A stretch of DNA of 64,000 nt, taken from an uncultured Candidatus Saccharibacteria bacterium. GTDB taxonomy: Bacteria; Patescibacteriota; Minisyncoccia; Phycocordibacterales; UBA918. A program made the translations under genes and the position numbers. Numbering within the stretch: position 1 is the stretch's first letter; the number at the start of each line of letters is the position of its first letter. The notes below the pieces were generated by a model. That model was given only the letters and a program-made list of their open reading frames with translations, had not been told where the DNA came from and did not search any database. Below are positions 47,178 to 56,825 of this stretch, piece by piece. The DNA lies in the NCBI GenBank assembly GCA_964638425.1, contig CAZWYM010000006.1:3054-67053 (forward strand). The letters are read 5' to 3'.

Positions 47178-48214
47178 ACATTAAAAATTCGATGCGGGAG
47201 TGTTGCGAGCGAGTGCTTCACAACAACCTCATTCTGAAGATTGTGCCTTAGCTCATTATACGCGTCTGATTTCAGATCCCTCAACGTACTCATAACTGCA
47301 ACATATTCCCTACTTTCATCTTTTTCTACACAGAGATGAAACGATTCAAGTATTTCTGCGTAAGCATCCTGTGGTGCAATCGGTACAACCCCATGACTCA
47401 TAGCCTCTAAGACTACCTTATCAATACTTCCTGTCTTCGAAGGATGAAGGAGGATGTCTGCTCCTTCATATATCCCCGCGAGCGCGCTCGCGTCTTTCGG
47501 TCCAGTAAAGGTAATAAAGTCCTGCAAGTCGTACCGCGCGATGAGCTTCTGCACTTCTTCAAAATATGCAGGTTGGATTACGGGACCAATAACTGAAATG
47601 GTAAAAGGGATATTTCTTGTGTGGAGAGTATGCGCAACCTCAACTACACGTTCAAGGTTTTTTACCTGCGTAATTCTCCCTACGGTCACGATACGCAGAT
47701 GACTCTGTATCTCCTTGTCTTTCAGTGTCTCACCTTCAACCGCGATTCCGTGTCCGACCACAAACTTCTTTTTACTCGGTATTCGAAAACTATTTGCTGA
47801 AGCGGTATAAATGCGGTCATTAAAAATTCCAGCTATTCGCCCAACTATGTTTATCTGACCATGTGCCTTCCACCAATAAAATGACGTGCCAAATAATTTG
47901 CGTACGACGAAAAATGGTATCGCAAGGAGATTGTATACGGCACCCATATGGAAAAATACAAAATCGACACGGTCATGAAAAAAGACTTTTCCAAAGAACC
48001 GATAAAATCTAAAAATGTATTTTATACGGCTCTCTCCTGATTCTTTTCCGAGGGAATAGACGGTCACATTTTTAGGGAGTGTATGGGAACCTTCGCGGAG
48101 ACAAATGACATGCACGTGTTCAAAGTGTCCTGCGAATTCGGTTATCCATTCATGAAAAAACCCTAGAATTGGGTCGTTTCGGTCGACTGCTTGGGTACAG
48201 ATAAGTAGTTTCAT
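47174..48214 (-). CDS. GT4 glycosyltransferase
   Basis: VGRITQVK, PSKTGSIDKVVLEAM. Confidence 0.9.
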   Translation of the reverse strand: MKLLICTQAVDRNDPILGFFHEWITEFAGHFEHVHVICLREGSHTLPKNVTVYSLGKESGESRIKYIFRFYRFFGKVFFHDRVDFVFFHMGAVYNLLAIPFFVVRKLFGTSFYWWKAHGQINIVGRIAGIFNDRIYTASANSFRIPSKKKFVVGHGIAVEGETLKDKEIQSHLRIVTVGRITQVKNLERVVEVAHTLHTRNIPFTISVIGPVIQPAYFEEVQKLIARYDLQDFITFTGPKDASALAGIYEGADILLHPSKTGSIDKVVLEAMSHGVVPIAPQDAYAEILESFHLCVEKDESREYVAVMSTLRDLKSDAYNELRHNLQNEVVVKHSLATLPHRIFNV

Positions 48215-48260
48215 CGCTTGAATATAGTGGTTTTTTTACCCTGTATTGTCAATACGCTCT

Positions 48261-49670
48261 TTAACTACCTACAACCATAGAACGTTCTATGCTTTGACGA
48301 TACGCCTCCAGGTAGGCTCCATAATCTTGCTCAATCCGGTCAAAAACAATACTCTCCGCGTTGAGTGAGTATCTTGCTCTGTCTTGGTTTTCATTTAAAT
48401 ACATGTTGATACTATCGGAAACACACTCAATATCAGCAGGAAGACAGAGACGTGCTGATTCGCCGTCCACAAAGAGCTTGCCTGCAAGTCCATCAAGATT
48501 TGCAATGAGTGGAATTTTTGACACCGCCGCTTCAAGGATGAGATCATCTTCTGCACCGTCTTCAGAAAGCTGGATAAAGACCTGCGCTGATTTCATGTAT
48601 GAAACAACTTCCCCAGGCATCGGTAAGAATTCAACTTGCCGTTGTACACCGAGTGCAATTGCGTGACGCTCGAGAAGTGGTCGCTGAGGCCCATTTCCGA
48701 CAATGACGAGTCCAATCGTTGGATATCGATTCAAAAGTTTTGCAGACCCTGAGAGAACTTCCATAGAGTGCGAACTTGGATGCATCGACGAAACATGGAG
48801 AATAATAAATTTAAATTGTGGAAACTTTACCCGTAAGTCCTCCGTTGGTACTAAATTTTTCCACGCATCTAAGTTGTAATAGCTCGGGAGCAATTCGGTT
48901 GTAGCCTCTAATTCATCGTTTTCATGAATAATTGCTTGCCGTTGGAACTCCGTCTTTGTTCGAACACTTTTTACATGCTTAAGAACGTACTCGGTAATCC
49001 ATGCATAGATAACAGGGTGTTCGTGCTCCTCAATAAACGTCTTATCAAAAAAATCTTCATATAAGTGGAGTTGCACTGGGCGTTCGTATTTTTTACCAAG
49101 GAGTGCACCGACGATACCTGATTCGCAAGGGTCTTCTGCAACAATGACATCGGCGCGGAAACCACCACTAAAAACGAGTTGCTCCTCTGCAAGGTGATAC
49201 GCATCGTAGCTCAGCTTCCACCACGAAGCAGAATTGGTTGGGTATATCCATACATTATTGAAGAGGCGCATTGTTGCAGGCGATTCTTGTTTTGTTTTGT
49301 AGTTGAGAACGACGATGTGCACCTCTAGGAAGGATGCACGCAAATCAGCAATTCGTTGATTTGCCATACTTCCCTCCTCTAAGATTGTTTGGTCCTGTGT
49401 AATAAAGAGAAGCCGAACACCTTGTCGGTCTGACACGTAATCAATAAGTTGAGCTTCATTTCGCGCATCACCAACCTCGATACTTGGGTCATTTGCTACT
49501 GGCGCTGGTTCGCTTAATGGAGATTGTGTAACAGGGTTTTGTGGCTGTTCGGCACTCTTCAGTTTTTCATCAACAATAACAAGATCCCCTTCAGGGATTT
49601 CTCCTTCCTGAAGAGCGGAATTAAGCTTATCAGCCTCATTTTGCGAAGGTGCTGACCACCAAGATTTCAT
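48261..49670 (-). CDS. Degenerate GT4-like protein with acidic N-terminal extension
   Basis: GT-B C-terminal pattern (IVGNGP, LEAA..IPLI) with altered donor-binding motifs. Confidence 0.75.
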   Translation of the reverse strand: MKSWWSAPSQNEADKLNSALQEGEIPEGDLVIVDEKLKSAEQPQNPVTQSPLSEPAPVANDPSIEVGDARNEAQLIDYVSDRQGVRLLFITQDQTILEEGSMANQRIADLRASFLEVHIVVLNYKTKQESPATMRLFNNVWIYPTNSASWWKLSYDAYHLAEEQLVFSGGFRADVIVAEDPCESGIVGALLGKKYERPVQLHLYEDFFDKTFIEEHEHPVIYAWITEYVLKHVKSVRTKTEFQRQAIIHENDELEATTELLPSYYNLDAWKNLVPTEDLRVKFPQFKFIILHVSSMHPSSHSMEVLSGSAKLLNRYPTIGLVIVGNGPQRPLLERHAIALGVQRQVEFLPMPGEVVSYMKSAQVFIQLSEDGAEDDLILEAAVSKIPLIANLDGLAGKLFVDGESARLCLPADIECVSDSINMYLNENQDRARYSLNAESIVFDRIEQDYGAYLEAYRQSIERSMVVGS

Positions 49671-49677
49671 GCCTCTA

Positions 49678-50802
49678 TTATACCGACTTATTTGCGTGAG
49701 ATACGGAAGTTACCCACGCACGTGCGTATGCGAGAGGTGTGGTCTCTGCTAGCGTGCGCGCTGTCTCATTGCCCGCATGAGAGCATGACTCGCGAAATGC
49801 ACTGCCTTCTATCATTTTCTGCATCGCCTCTTTATACGGAACAACTCCACTTTCATGGACAACAATTCCATGCACCCCATCAAGGACCACTTCCCCCACA
49901 CAACCAACATCAGTTGTGATAACCGGCACCCCTACAGCCATCGCTTCAATTAAGGTAAGCGCATACGCTTCGTGCTGTGAAGCAAGGAGAAATACGTCAG
50001 CGCGCGACATCTCGCCGGCAACATCTTCTGTCCACGGCAAGAGCGAGACTGCTCCTGAGATACCTTGTTCTTCTATCACCTTTTCAATTTTTTCCTTCAA
50101 GACACCTTCTCCTACAATACACAACTCAATATCTTTGTGTGTGGTATGAAGCAGAGCAAATGCATGTACGATTCGTAAAATATCTTTTTCTGGCGCAAGT
50201 CTCCCAATGTATAAAAATCGATACGGTGGCGCACTTCGCACTAGGTACGGCGTCTGTAAAAAATTCTCCAACTCTGGGCGTATTGGGAGAACGGTAATCT
50301 TTTTTTCATCTACCCCGCGCGCGATGAGCGATTCCTTAATTCGTTTAGAAACAACTCGAACGCTAAGAACGTGCTTTAGAAGTACGAGTGCCATGCGTCG
50401 GCGAATCTTTCTCGTTATAGAATTCCCTACCCAATTATCTGAACTAAAGTAATCACCGTGTACCTGAATATGGAGCTGTGCTCCGGTGACTTTTGAAATA
50501 ATAAAACTGAGCCAGCCGATTTCAAGTGGATCTTGGGCAGAAATAACAAAGGGGCTCCCCTCGGTGATTATTTTTTTTGATATACGAAAAGCATCCAAGA
50601 GCATCATTGTTCGTGAAGATGAATGTGTGGGATAGAGATGTAAGCGCTCCTCATGTTGCTCATCTTTATATCCATGCTCTTTACGGGTTAACACGATGAT
50701 GTGGAGCTCTTCTGTGTATGCTGCATACGATCGCATACGCTCGCGCTCTCTGCTCTCTGTGTCTAAGATTCGTCTTCCTAAGCTTATGGTGAGTATCTTC
50801 AT
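49678..50802 (-). CDS. GT4 glycosyltransferase
   Basis: IGRLAPEK, SQHEAYALTLIEAM. Confidence 0.92.
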   Translation of the reverse strand: MKILTISLGRRILDTESRERERMRSYAAYTEELHIIVLTRKEHGYKDEQHEERLHLYPTHSSSRTMMLLDAFRISKKIITEGSPFVISAQDPLEIGWLSFIISKVTGAQLHIQVHGDYFSSDNWVGNSITRKIRRRMALVLLKHVLSVRVVSKRIKESLIARGVDEKKITVLPIRPELENFLQTPYLVRSAPPYRFLYIGRLAPEKDILRIVHAFALLHTTHKDIELCIVGEGVLKEKIEKVIEEQGISGAVSLLPWTEDVAGEMSRADVFLLASQHEAYALTLIEAMAVGVPVITTDVGCVGEVVLDGVHGIVVHESGVVPYKEAMQKMIEGSAFRESCSHAGNETARTLAETTPLAYARAWVTSVSHANKSV

Positions 50803-51902
50803 AGTATTATTTTGACAATTTTCGGAATGATAACCTCTTCGCGAAACTGAGCCACCTTTTCCTTCCCATTACGAACAAGAGTGTCTCGAAGTAGTGTGTC
50901 TGACTTCATTCGTATAAGTGCCGTACGGAGGGCAGTCTCGTCATTAAATGGCACAAGGAGGGCTTCACGCTCGTGTGATACAAGCTCAACATTTCCTCCA
51001 ACCGGAGTTGTGATGATTGGTACACCAATATCCATAACCTCAAGGAGTTGATGCGAGAGCCCCTCATATGACGTATTAAGTACAAAGACATCTCCTCCTG
51101 AAACACGTTCTGAAAGTTCTTGCTTTGGTACCGCTCCTCGCAGGTGTATGTATCCTTCTGCCTTTCTCTCTTCGATAGATTTCTTAAGGTGCACATACTC
51201 GGTACCTTCTCCGATAATTTCGAGTGCTATATCAATACCCTCCGCATGGAGAGTAGCAACCACAGACACAAGAGCGGTGATTCCCTTCCACGGGACAAGT
51301 CGAGCAGAGGTAACAACAACAAATCCTGTATACGCAAAGCGAGAACGAAGCGCATCTTTGCTTTCGGCAATAACAATAGGATTGAGTGCGCTGTATATTC
51401 TAAAAATTTTCTCTTCAGACACTCCCCACTTCATCACAACACCCTTCATGTATTCACTCGGCACAATAATTTTTACAGCACGATTTGCAACAGTACGCTG
51501 TAAGAATGCGAGAAATCGAACCATGAATGGTTTCTCCTTTTCTAAAAGATATTCATCGAGCGTCCTATTGAGACCGAAGCGCTGTTGTCCTTGTTCCCAT
51601 GCGTAATCCCCGGGAACCCGAAGGTACAACTTTTTTCGAAGGATGATACTTGCGCAGAGGGCAGGAATGCCCACACTTACCGCATCGAGTGCATATAGAG
51701 TATCTGCTCTATACCCCTTCTTCAGGAGCAGAAAAAAATACGCAAGATGACGTATGATTTTTGGAAGCATTCGCACCGAGCGAAATGAAACGACGTCACA
51801 TTCGATTCCCTGCTGAGGGAGATGGGTAACAAGAAATTTTGTGTACGTCGCAGGACCCCCAATATCGGGAAACGACAATCCTGTGGCAATAAGTATCCTC
51901 AT
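50799..51902 (-). CDS. GT4 glycosyltransferase
   Basis: PDIGGP, ARLVPWKG, YEGLSHQLLE. Start at ATG 51902. Confidence 0.92.
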   Translation of the reverse strand: MRILIATGLSFPDIGGPATYTKFLVTHLPQQGIECDVVSFRSVRMLPKIIRHLAYFFLLLKKGYRADTLYALDAVSVGIPALCASIILRKKLYLRVPGDYAWEQGQQRFGLNRTLDEYLLEKEKPFMVRFLAFLQRTVANRAVKIIVPSEYMKGVVMKWGVSEEKIFRIYSALNPIVIAESKDALRSRFAYTGFVVVTSARLVPWKGITALVSVVATLHAEGIDIALEIIGEGTEYVHLKKSIEERKAEGYIHLRGAVPKQELSERVSGGDVFVLNTSYEGLSHQLLEVMDIGVPIITTPVGGNVELVSHEREALLVPFNDETALRTALIRMKSDTLLRDTLVRNGKEKVAQFREEVIIPKIVKIIL

Positions 51903-51992
51903 ATCAGTATGAATAGTATGCACGAGGAATGGCAAGAGTCCAATCAAGCGCCCTGTTAAAACCATGCACATAGCGGTATAGTTACCAGTATT

Positions 51993-53003
51993 ATGCAGGC
52001 GAAGAAACATGGCTACCTCGTGATATCCCTCGATTTAGAGCTGTATTGGGGAATGTTTGATAAAGTCACTCTTGAAGAGTACGGGGCGCATATTCTCGGA
52101 GAACGAACAGCAATACCACGTATGCTCGAGATGTTCACCACCTACGGCATTCACGCAACGTGGGCTTCTGTTGGTATGCTCATGGCGCGCAATAAGCACG
52201 AGCTCCTTACCCTCCTTCCTCCTCCACACCTTCGCCCACTATATGAAGATCAAACAGTGTCTGCGTACACACACATTGAGACAGGGGCAATTGGGAACGA
52301 CGAGCAGTCTGACCCGTATCACTTTGGACCTTCTCTCATTAAATTAATTCTTGCAACTGACCACCAAGAAATTGGTAACCACACCTTCTCTCATTACTAT
52401 TGCATTGATGGCAAGATAAACGATACTGCTATCTTTGCGCGCGACTTAGAAGCACACCGCGAAATTGCTCGGACGTATGGTATCAATGCAGAGTCAATAA
52501 TATTCCCCCGCAATCAAGCAAATGCCGAGTCCCTCCAAACGTGCCTCCAATACGGGATTACCTCGTATCGTGGAAACGAAAATCACTTTCTCTATCGAGG
52601 AAGAGAAGAAAGTAAGCAGTCACTTTTTATCCGCGGCCTCCGTCTCCTCGACCACTACATAAATATAAGTGGTCACCATACATACTCATTGGGAGATAGA
52701 AAAGAAAACGAGCCACACAATATTCCTTCAAGTAGATTCCTTCGCCCTTGGAGTAAAGCGCTTCGTATGTTTGAATGGCTCCGCTTACACAGAATTAAAA
52801 AGAGTATGACCCATGCGGCGAAGCATGGAGAGGTATTTCATCTTTGGTGGCACCCCCACAATTTTGGGATTAACCAAACTGAGAATTTTAAAAACTTGAA
52901 TGAAATTCTCACACACTACAAAAAGCTCAATGAACGATACGGTATGAAGAGTGCCTCAATGCAGGATATTACAAAAATCCAAAACCGTTCTCTCCCTCAT
53001 TAA
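51993..53003 (+). CDS. Polysaccharide deacetylase-like (CE4) protein
   Basis: ISLDLELYWG, HTFSH, FPRNQ, HLWWHPHNFG. Confidence 0.88.
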   Translation: MQAKKHGYLVISLDLELYWGMFDKVTLEEYGAHILGERTAIPRMLEMFTTYGIHATWASVGMLMARNKHELLTLLPPPHLRPLYEDQTVSAYTHIETGAIGNDEQSDPYHFGPSLIKLILATDHQEIGNHTFSHYYCIDGKINDTAIFARDLEAHREIARTYGINAESIIFPRNQANAESLQTCLQYGITSYRGNENHFLYRGREESKQSLFIRGLRLLDHYINISGHHTYSLGDRKENEPHNIPSSRFLRPWSKALRMFEWLRLHRIKKSMTHAAKHGEVFHLWWHPHNFGINQTENFKNLNEILTHYKKLNERYGMKSASMQDITKIQNRSLPH

Positions 53004-53830
53004 ATCCCCTTTCGCACGAGTTGCTTAAGTGATTTTGGTAGTTTGATACCAACCTTTGCGAGCGTTGCATTTACAAATTTTCCGAGCACAATGACACACA
53101 CTGAGACGAGGCTATCAAAACGATACTTCTGAATACACTCATCAATATTTGGAATTGTCCCATAGAAGGAAGCCTGTGGTGATGAAACAGAAAAGGCTCC
53201 TATTTTTAATTTTTCAATAACTCCAGCCTCAGTAAGGGTCTCTGTTGCGAGAGTAATAAATGGTGCACCAAAATGTTCGGTACGATGGAAATCTACTCCT
53301 CCCGTCCCAAGGAGTGTTGGCTTTTTCTCACGCAACTCACCGAGAAGTGCGAGCGAGCGTGTCCTTGGTACACGCTTCCCTTCATACTGTTGATTCCATA
53401 CTTCGAGCGCGTCTATTTCTTCGAGGAGACCTTCATCAACTAAAAAATTATTTCGCACGGGGTGCGCGAGCAACACTAACGATGCTTTCTCAGTCCATTT
53501 TTTAAGTGATTGAATATCGGGTGCATAATTACCAAAGAACTCGCGGAGTCCGACCATAAGAATATGTGCATGTTCCTTGGCACCCTCGATTTTATAGGGC
53601 ACTTCAAACCCAGGTATAAAAAGAAATGCTTCATCACTGAGCGCCTCACACTCCCTCACAAAAGCTTGTGCATCCTCACTCGTCATTTCATCAACATGTT
53701 CCGTCATACACACAAACTGAATGTTGTTTTTCTGGCAGAGTGCTTTTAATTCAGAGAGTGACAGTTTAGCGTCGTACGAGTATCTCGAGTGGCAATGAAT
53801 TATTCCTCTGTATGTATGCTCTAGTCCCAT
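53000..53830 (-). CDS. PHP-domain metallophosphoesterase
   Basis: HCHSRYSYD, TEH, PGFE, AHP, GGVDFH. Confidence 0.85.
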   Translation of the reverse strand: MGLEHTYRGIIHCHSRYSYDAKLSLSELKALCQKNNIQFVCMTEHVDEMTSEDAQAFVRECEALSDEAFLFIPGFEVPYKIEGAKEHAHILMVGLREFFGNYAPDIQSLKKWTEKASLVLLAHPVRNNFLVDEGLLEEIDALEVWNQQYEGKRVPRTRSLALLGELREKKPTLLGTGGVDFHRTEHFGAPFITLATETLTEAGVIEKLKIGAFSVSSPQASFYGTIPNIDECIQKYRFDSLVSVCVIVLGKFVNATLAKVGIKLPKSLKQLVRKGI

Positions 53831-55020
53831 ATTTTTTTAAGTATATCAACAATTTCCATAAGTGCTGGCTTGGGGTCATGGAATGACCACACGTCATACA
53901 TAACCCCTCTCGGGAGTATACAGAAATCACGGAGCGCTTTGAGCCGAGGTGGATACAGAAGCTTTCGCATTGGGTCGTTCGCAAAAAGAACCCTGAGGAG
54001 GTGCTTCACATCGCCAAGAAAATGAATTGAGGAAACTCCCTCGCGTGCTGTTTCTAACGTTTGTGACAACTTCTCTCCTTGGGCATACCGGTAATAGAGA
54101 TATGGAATATCAAGACCAGCTGAAACAGAAAGAGGGAGCGACCCCCAAAAACGACCATTTATTTCCATAAGTTTTGGTTCTCGCGAATCGCTATCCACCT
54201 TGTACTCAACCATAATGGGACCGGTCCACGAAAGTTTCGTAACCAATGTTTTTGCGTACGCTTCAAGAGTATTTTTTAAATCCCCTGCATGAAGTGTTTC
54301 TTTCAAGACCGACGCCCCACCTGTTGGTGAGAGCGAACGTATTCGATGGTGCGTGACACACGCATAGACAACACCTTTGTCAGCAAGCATTTCAACTCCA
54401 TACTCCTCTCCGTGAACGAGCGTTTGAATGAGGGGTGCTTCACCAAGCGTCTTTTTCAGTTCAGAAAACGTGCGTATAAGGTCTTCTTTATTTTGTATAA
54501 AGGAGGCTGTCCCAAACACTCCAGCACCATCTTTCCACGTTACGCTTCGTCTCGGCTTAATAACAACGGGATATGCGAATGTCTCACCCATTTGCGCAAC
54601 CTCGTGAGCCATCTCAGGGGCAAAGGTGGTAATGGTTGGAATTCCAGAAATACGTGCAAGTGAATACGTTGCCGCCTTATCGAAGGCAATTTCCATCGCC
54701 TTCTCCTCGGGGAATACGAGGGTCATATATTCAGAAAGATCCTCCCTATGAAGGTAGAGCGAGAGAAACGTCGCATCGCTAAATGCATACACAACAGGCT
54801 TCCCTCCCATGCGTATTGCCTCTTCACGTACACGGGTAATAAACGCTTCTTGTTGTGTATAGGGAGAAGGATACGTAAACGTATTTGTTGTATATCGGCT
54901 ATGGAGCGACATCGCCGTCGGACGCTCTGCCCCCACAGAAATAATGACTCCAGCCCTTCCCAGCGACCTAACCGAAGCAAGCGCGCTCTTAAGCTGTCCA
55001 TCGAGAATTATTGCGCTCAT
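53821..55020 (-). CDS. ATP-grasp carboxylate-amine ligase
   Basis: DKAAT, YPVVIKP, MVEYK, MEINGRFWGS. Start at ATG 55020. Confidence 0.88.
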   Translation of the reverse strand: MSAIILDGQLKSALASVRSLGRAGVIISVGAERPTAMSLHSRYTTNTFTYPSPYTQQEAFITRVREEAIRMGGKPVVYAFSDATFLSLYLHREDLSEYMTLVFPEEKAMEIAFDKAATYSLARISGIPTITTFAPEMAHEVAQMGETFAYPVVIKPRRSVTWKDGAGVFGTASFIQNKEDLIRTFSELKKTLGEAPLIQTLVHGEEYGVEMLADKGVVYACVTHHRIRSLSPTGGASVLKETLHAGDLKNTLEAYAKTLVTKLSWTGPIMVEYKVDSDSREPKLMEINGRFWGSLPLSVSAGLDIPYLYYRYAQGEKLSQTLETAREGVSSIHFLGDVKHLLRVLFANDPMRKLLYPPRLKALRDFCILPRGVMYDVWSFHDPKPALMEIVDILKKIWD

Positions 55021-55132
55021 TCTTTGTATCATACCGCAAACACGCAAGAATGCAGAGTCTGTTACTTTATGGCTTGAATACTTGTTCTATGGAGCACGCC
55101 CTGAATGTAGTACACTTTCTACTATCACCTAT

Positions 55133-55732
55133 ATGAAAATCCTAATTGTGACCCCACTATACCCACCTGATATTGCGCCCTTAGCGCTCTACGTCAAGGA
55201 ATGCGCAACACGACTCAGTACAAAGGCTGAGGTTACCGTTTTAGCATACGCACACCTTCCTGAGAAAATCGATGGAGTGCGTATCGTCTCGGTTGCAAAG
55301 GACACTCCTGCGTTTATTCGTATGGCATTTTTTGCTTTTGCTTTATGGCGTGAAGGACGTTCAGTAGATGTTATATATGTTCAAAACGGAGCGTCAGTAG
55401 AACTTCCCGTACGACTCACAAGTCTTTTTGTTTCGACACCGTACGTACTGCACGTATCTGATTCTGTCGCACTTGAATCTGCGCGCGAAAACTCCCTCAA
55501 TAAAAAAATATTGCACGCTGCACTACGGGGGGCAATCCATATTATTCATGGAGCTCGTATCGTCCTACCATTCCCCTTCCGTGAAAAAACAACTGTAGTA
55601 GAAGTCCCTCACCATCGTCCTGAAATACTTCCTTTCCGTGATTACCCAGAAGCATCTTTTGCGGAGTACGAAGAATCGTGGAATGAACACATCGAAAAAA
55701 TCACACATACATTTACCTATGCAAAACGATAA
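55133..55732 (+). CDS. GT4 N-terminal-domain-only protein
   Basis: MKILIVTPLYPPDIAP resembles the N-terminus of the 50799-51902 protein; no C-terminal nucleotide-binding domain. Confidence 0.65.
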   Translation: MKILIVTPLYPPDIAPLALYVKECATRLSTKAEVTVLAYAHLPEKIDGVRIVSVAKDTPAFIRMAFFAFALWREGRSVDVIYVQNGASVELPVRLTSLFVSTPYVLHVSDSVALESARENSLNKKILHAALRGAIHIIHGARIVLPFPFREKTTVVEVPHHRPEILPFRDYPEASFAEYEESWNEHIEKITHTFTYAKR

Positions 55733-56825
55733 CGCAAAAAATAATTGGGACGCGTACTGCAATGCTGAGCTTCTCAGAATTGTGCCTATTCTCAAAGAAT
55801 ACGAGTATACGCTCGACGAGGCACAACCACACCTCGAAGGAGAGCGCTATCTCATGAATGCGATTACAACGACAAGTGGTCGGAAGCTCATCTTACGAGG
55901 AAAAGATGATTCAGGTATACAAGTAATTATTAAGGCGAGTCGTGAAAAGAATGGTATAGGTGAAATCAATCACGAGCGAAATTGTCGAAGCGTGCTCTCA
56001 CACATTGATTTTGCTCGGGACACTTTTCACACACCTCCCGAAGTTGCATACATTGAACGTGATGGATATGTTATCAGCATACAAAAATTTATTGCTCAAG
56101 AGAGCTCGTTTCTTGAGCGCCCTATTGAAAATCAATTCATGCTTGCCCTCTCTGCATTTAAGGGACAAGAAGGGGCACACGCTACTACGTACAAACATCG
56201 AAGGCGAATTGGGCGCACCTTCGGCATACGCACGAGCAAAACGTACTTAAACACATTTACCTCTTTTATTGAAAACATCACCAAAAAAATCCCCAATGAA
56301 GCTTCCCTGCTAGAAACCCTCCACTCGGCGTTCAGTGAGTTACAACGTGGCGAAAACACCATCGAACAGTACTGCGGGTTCCTCACCCACACTGATTTTG
56401 TGCCCCACAATATCCGTGTACAGGGAGAGACGATATACCTTCTTGACCACTCCTCGTTAACGTTTGGAAACAAGTACGAGGGATGGGCTCGGTTCATTAA
56501 CTTTATGACTCTCTATAACCCACCACTCCAAAAAGCACTCGAGCAGTATGTACGCGATAATCGCACGACAGAGGAATCTGAATCCCTTCGCCTCATGCGT
56601 ATATACCGTCTCGGGGAAATTCTTTGGTACTATGTGCGAACACTCGATAAAAGTTCGGGTAACCTCAAAGCACTCAACAGCGAACGCATCACCTTCTGGA
56701 GTGAGGTGCTCCGCTTCGTAATAGCAAGGAGCGAGGTTTCACCTGAGGTAATAAGTGGTTACACAACGAAGCGTGACTCGCTCAGAAGCGAGGACGAGAA
56801 ACGAAGACAAATTGGACTCCACTAA
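55719..56825 (+). CDS. Protein-kinase-like (APH/Kdo-kinase-type) phosphotransferase
   Basis: VIIK, E..HE, HTDFVPHNI (HxDxxxxN), LLDH. Confidence 0.75.
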   Translation: MQNDNAKNNWDAYCNAELLRIVPILKEYEYTLDEAQPHLEGERYLMNAITTTSGRKLILRGKDDSGIQVIIKASREKNGIGEINHERNCRSVLSHIDFARDTFHTPPEVAYIERDGYVISIQKFIAQESSFLERPIENQFMLALSAFKGQEGAHATTYKHRRRIGRTFGIRTSKTYLNTFTSFIENITKKIPNEASLLETLHSAFSELQRGENTIEQYCGFLTHTDFVPHNIRVQGETIYLLDHSSLTFGNKYEGWARFINFMTLYNPPLQKALEQYVRDNRTTEESESLRLMRIYRLGEILWYYVRTLDKSSGNLKALNSERITFWSEVLRFVIARSEVSPEVISGYTTKRDSLRSEDEKRRQIGLH

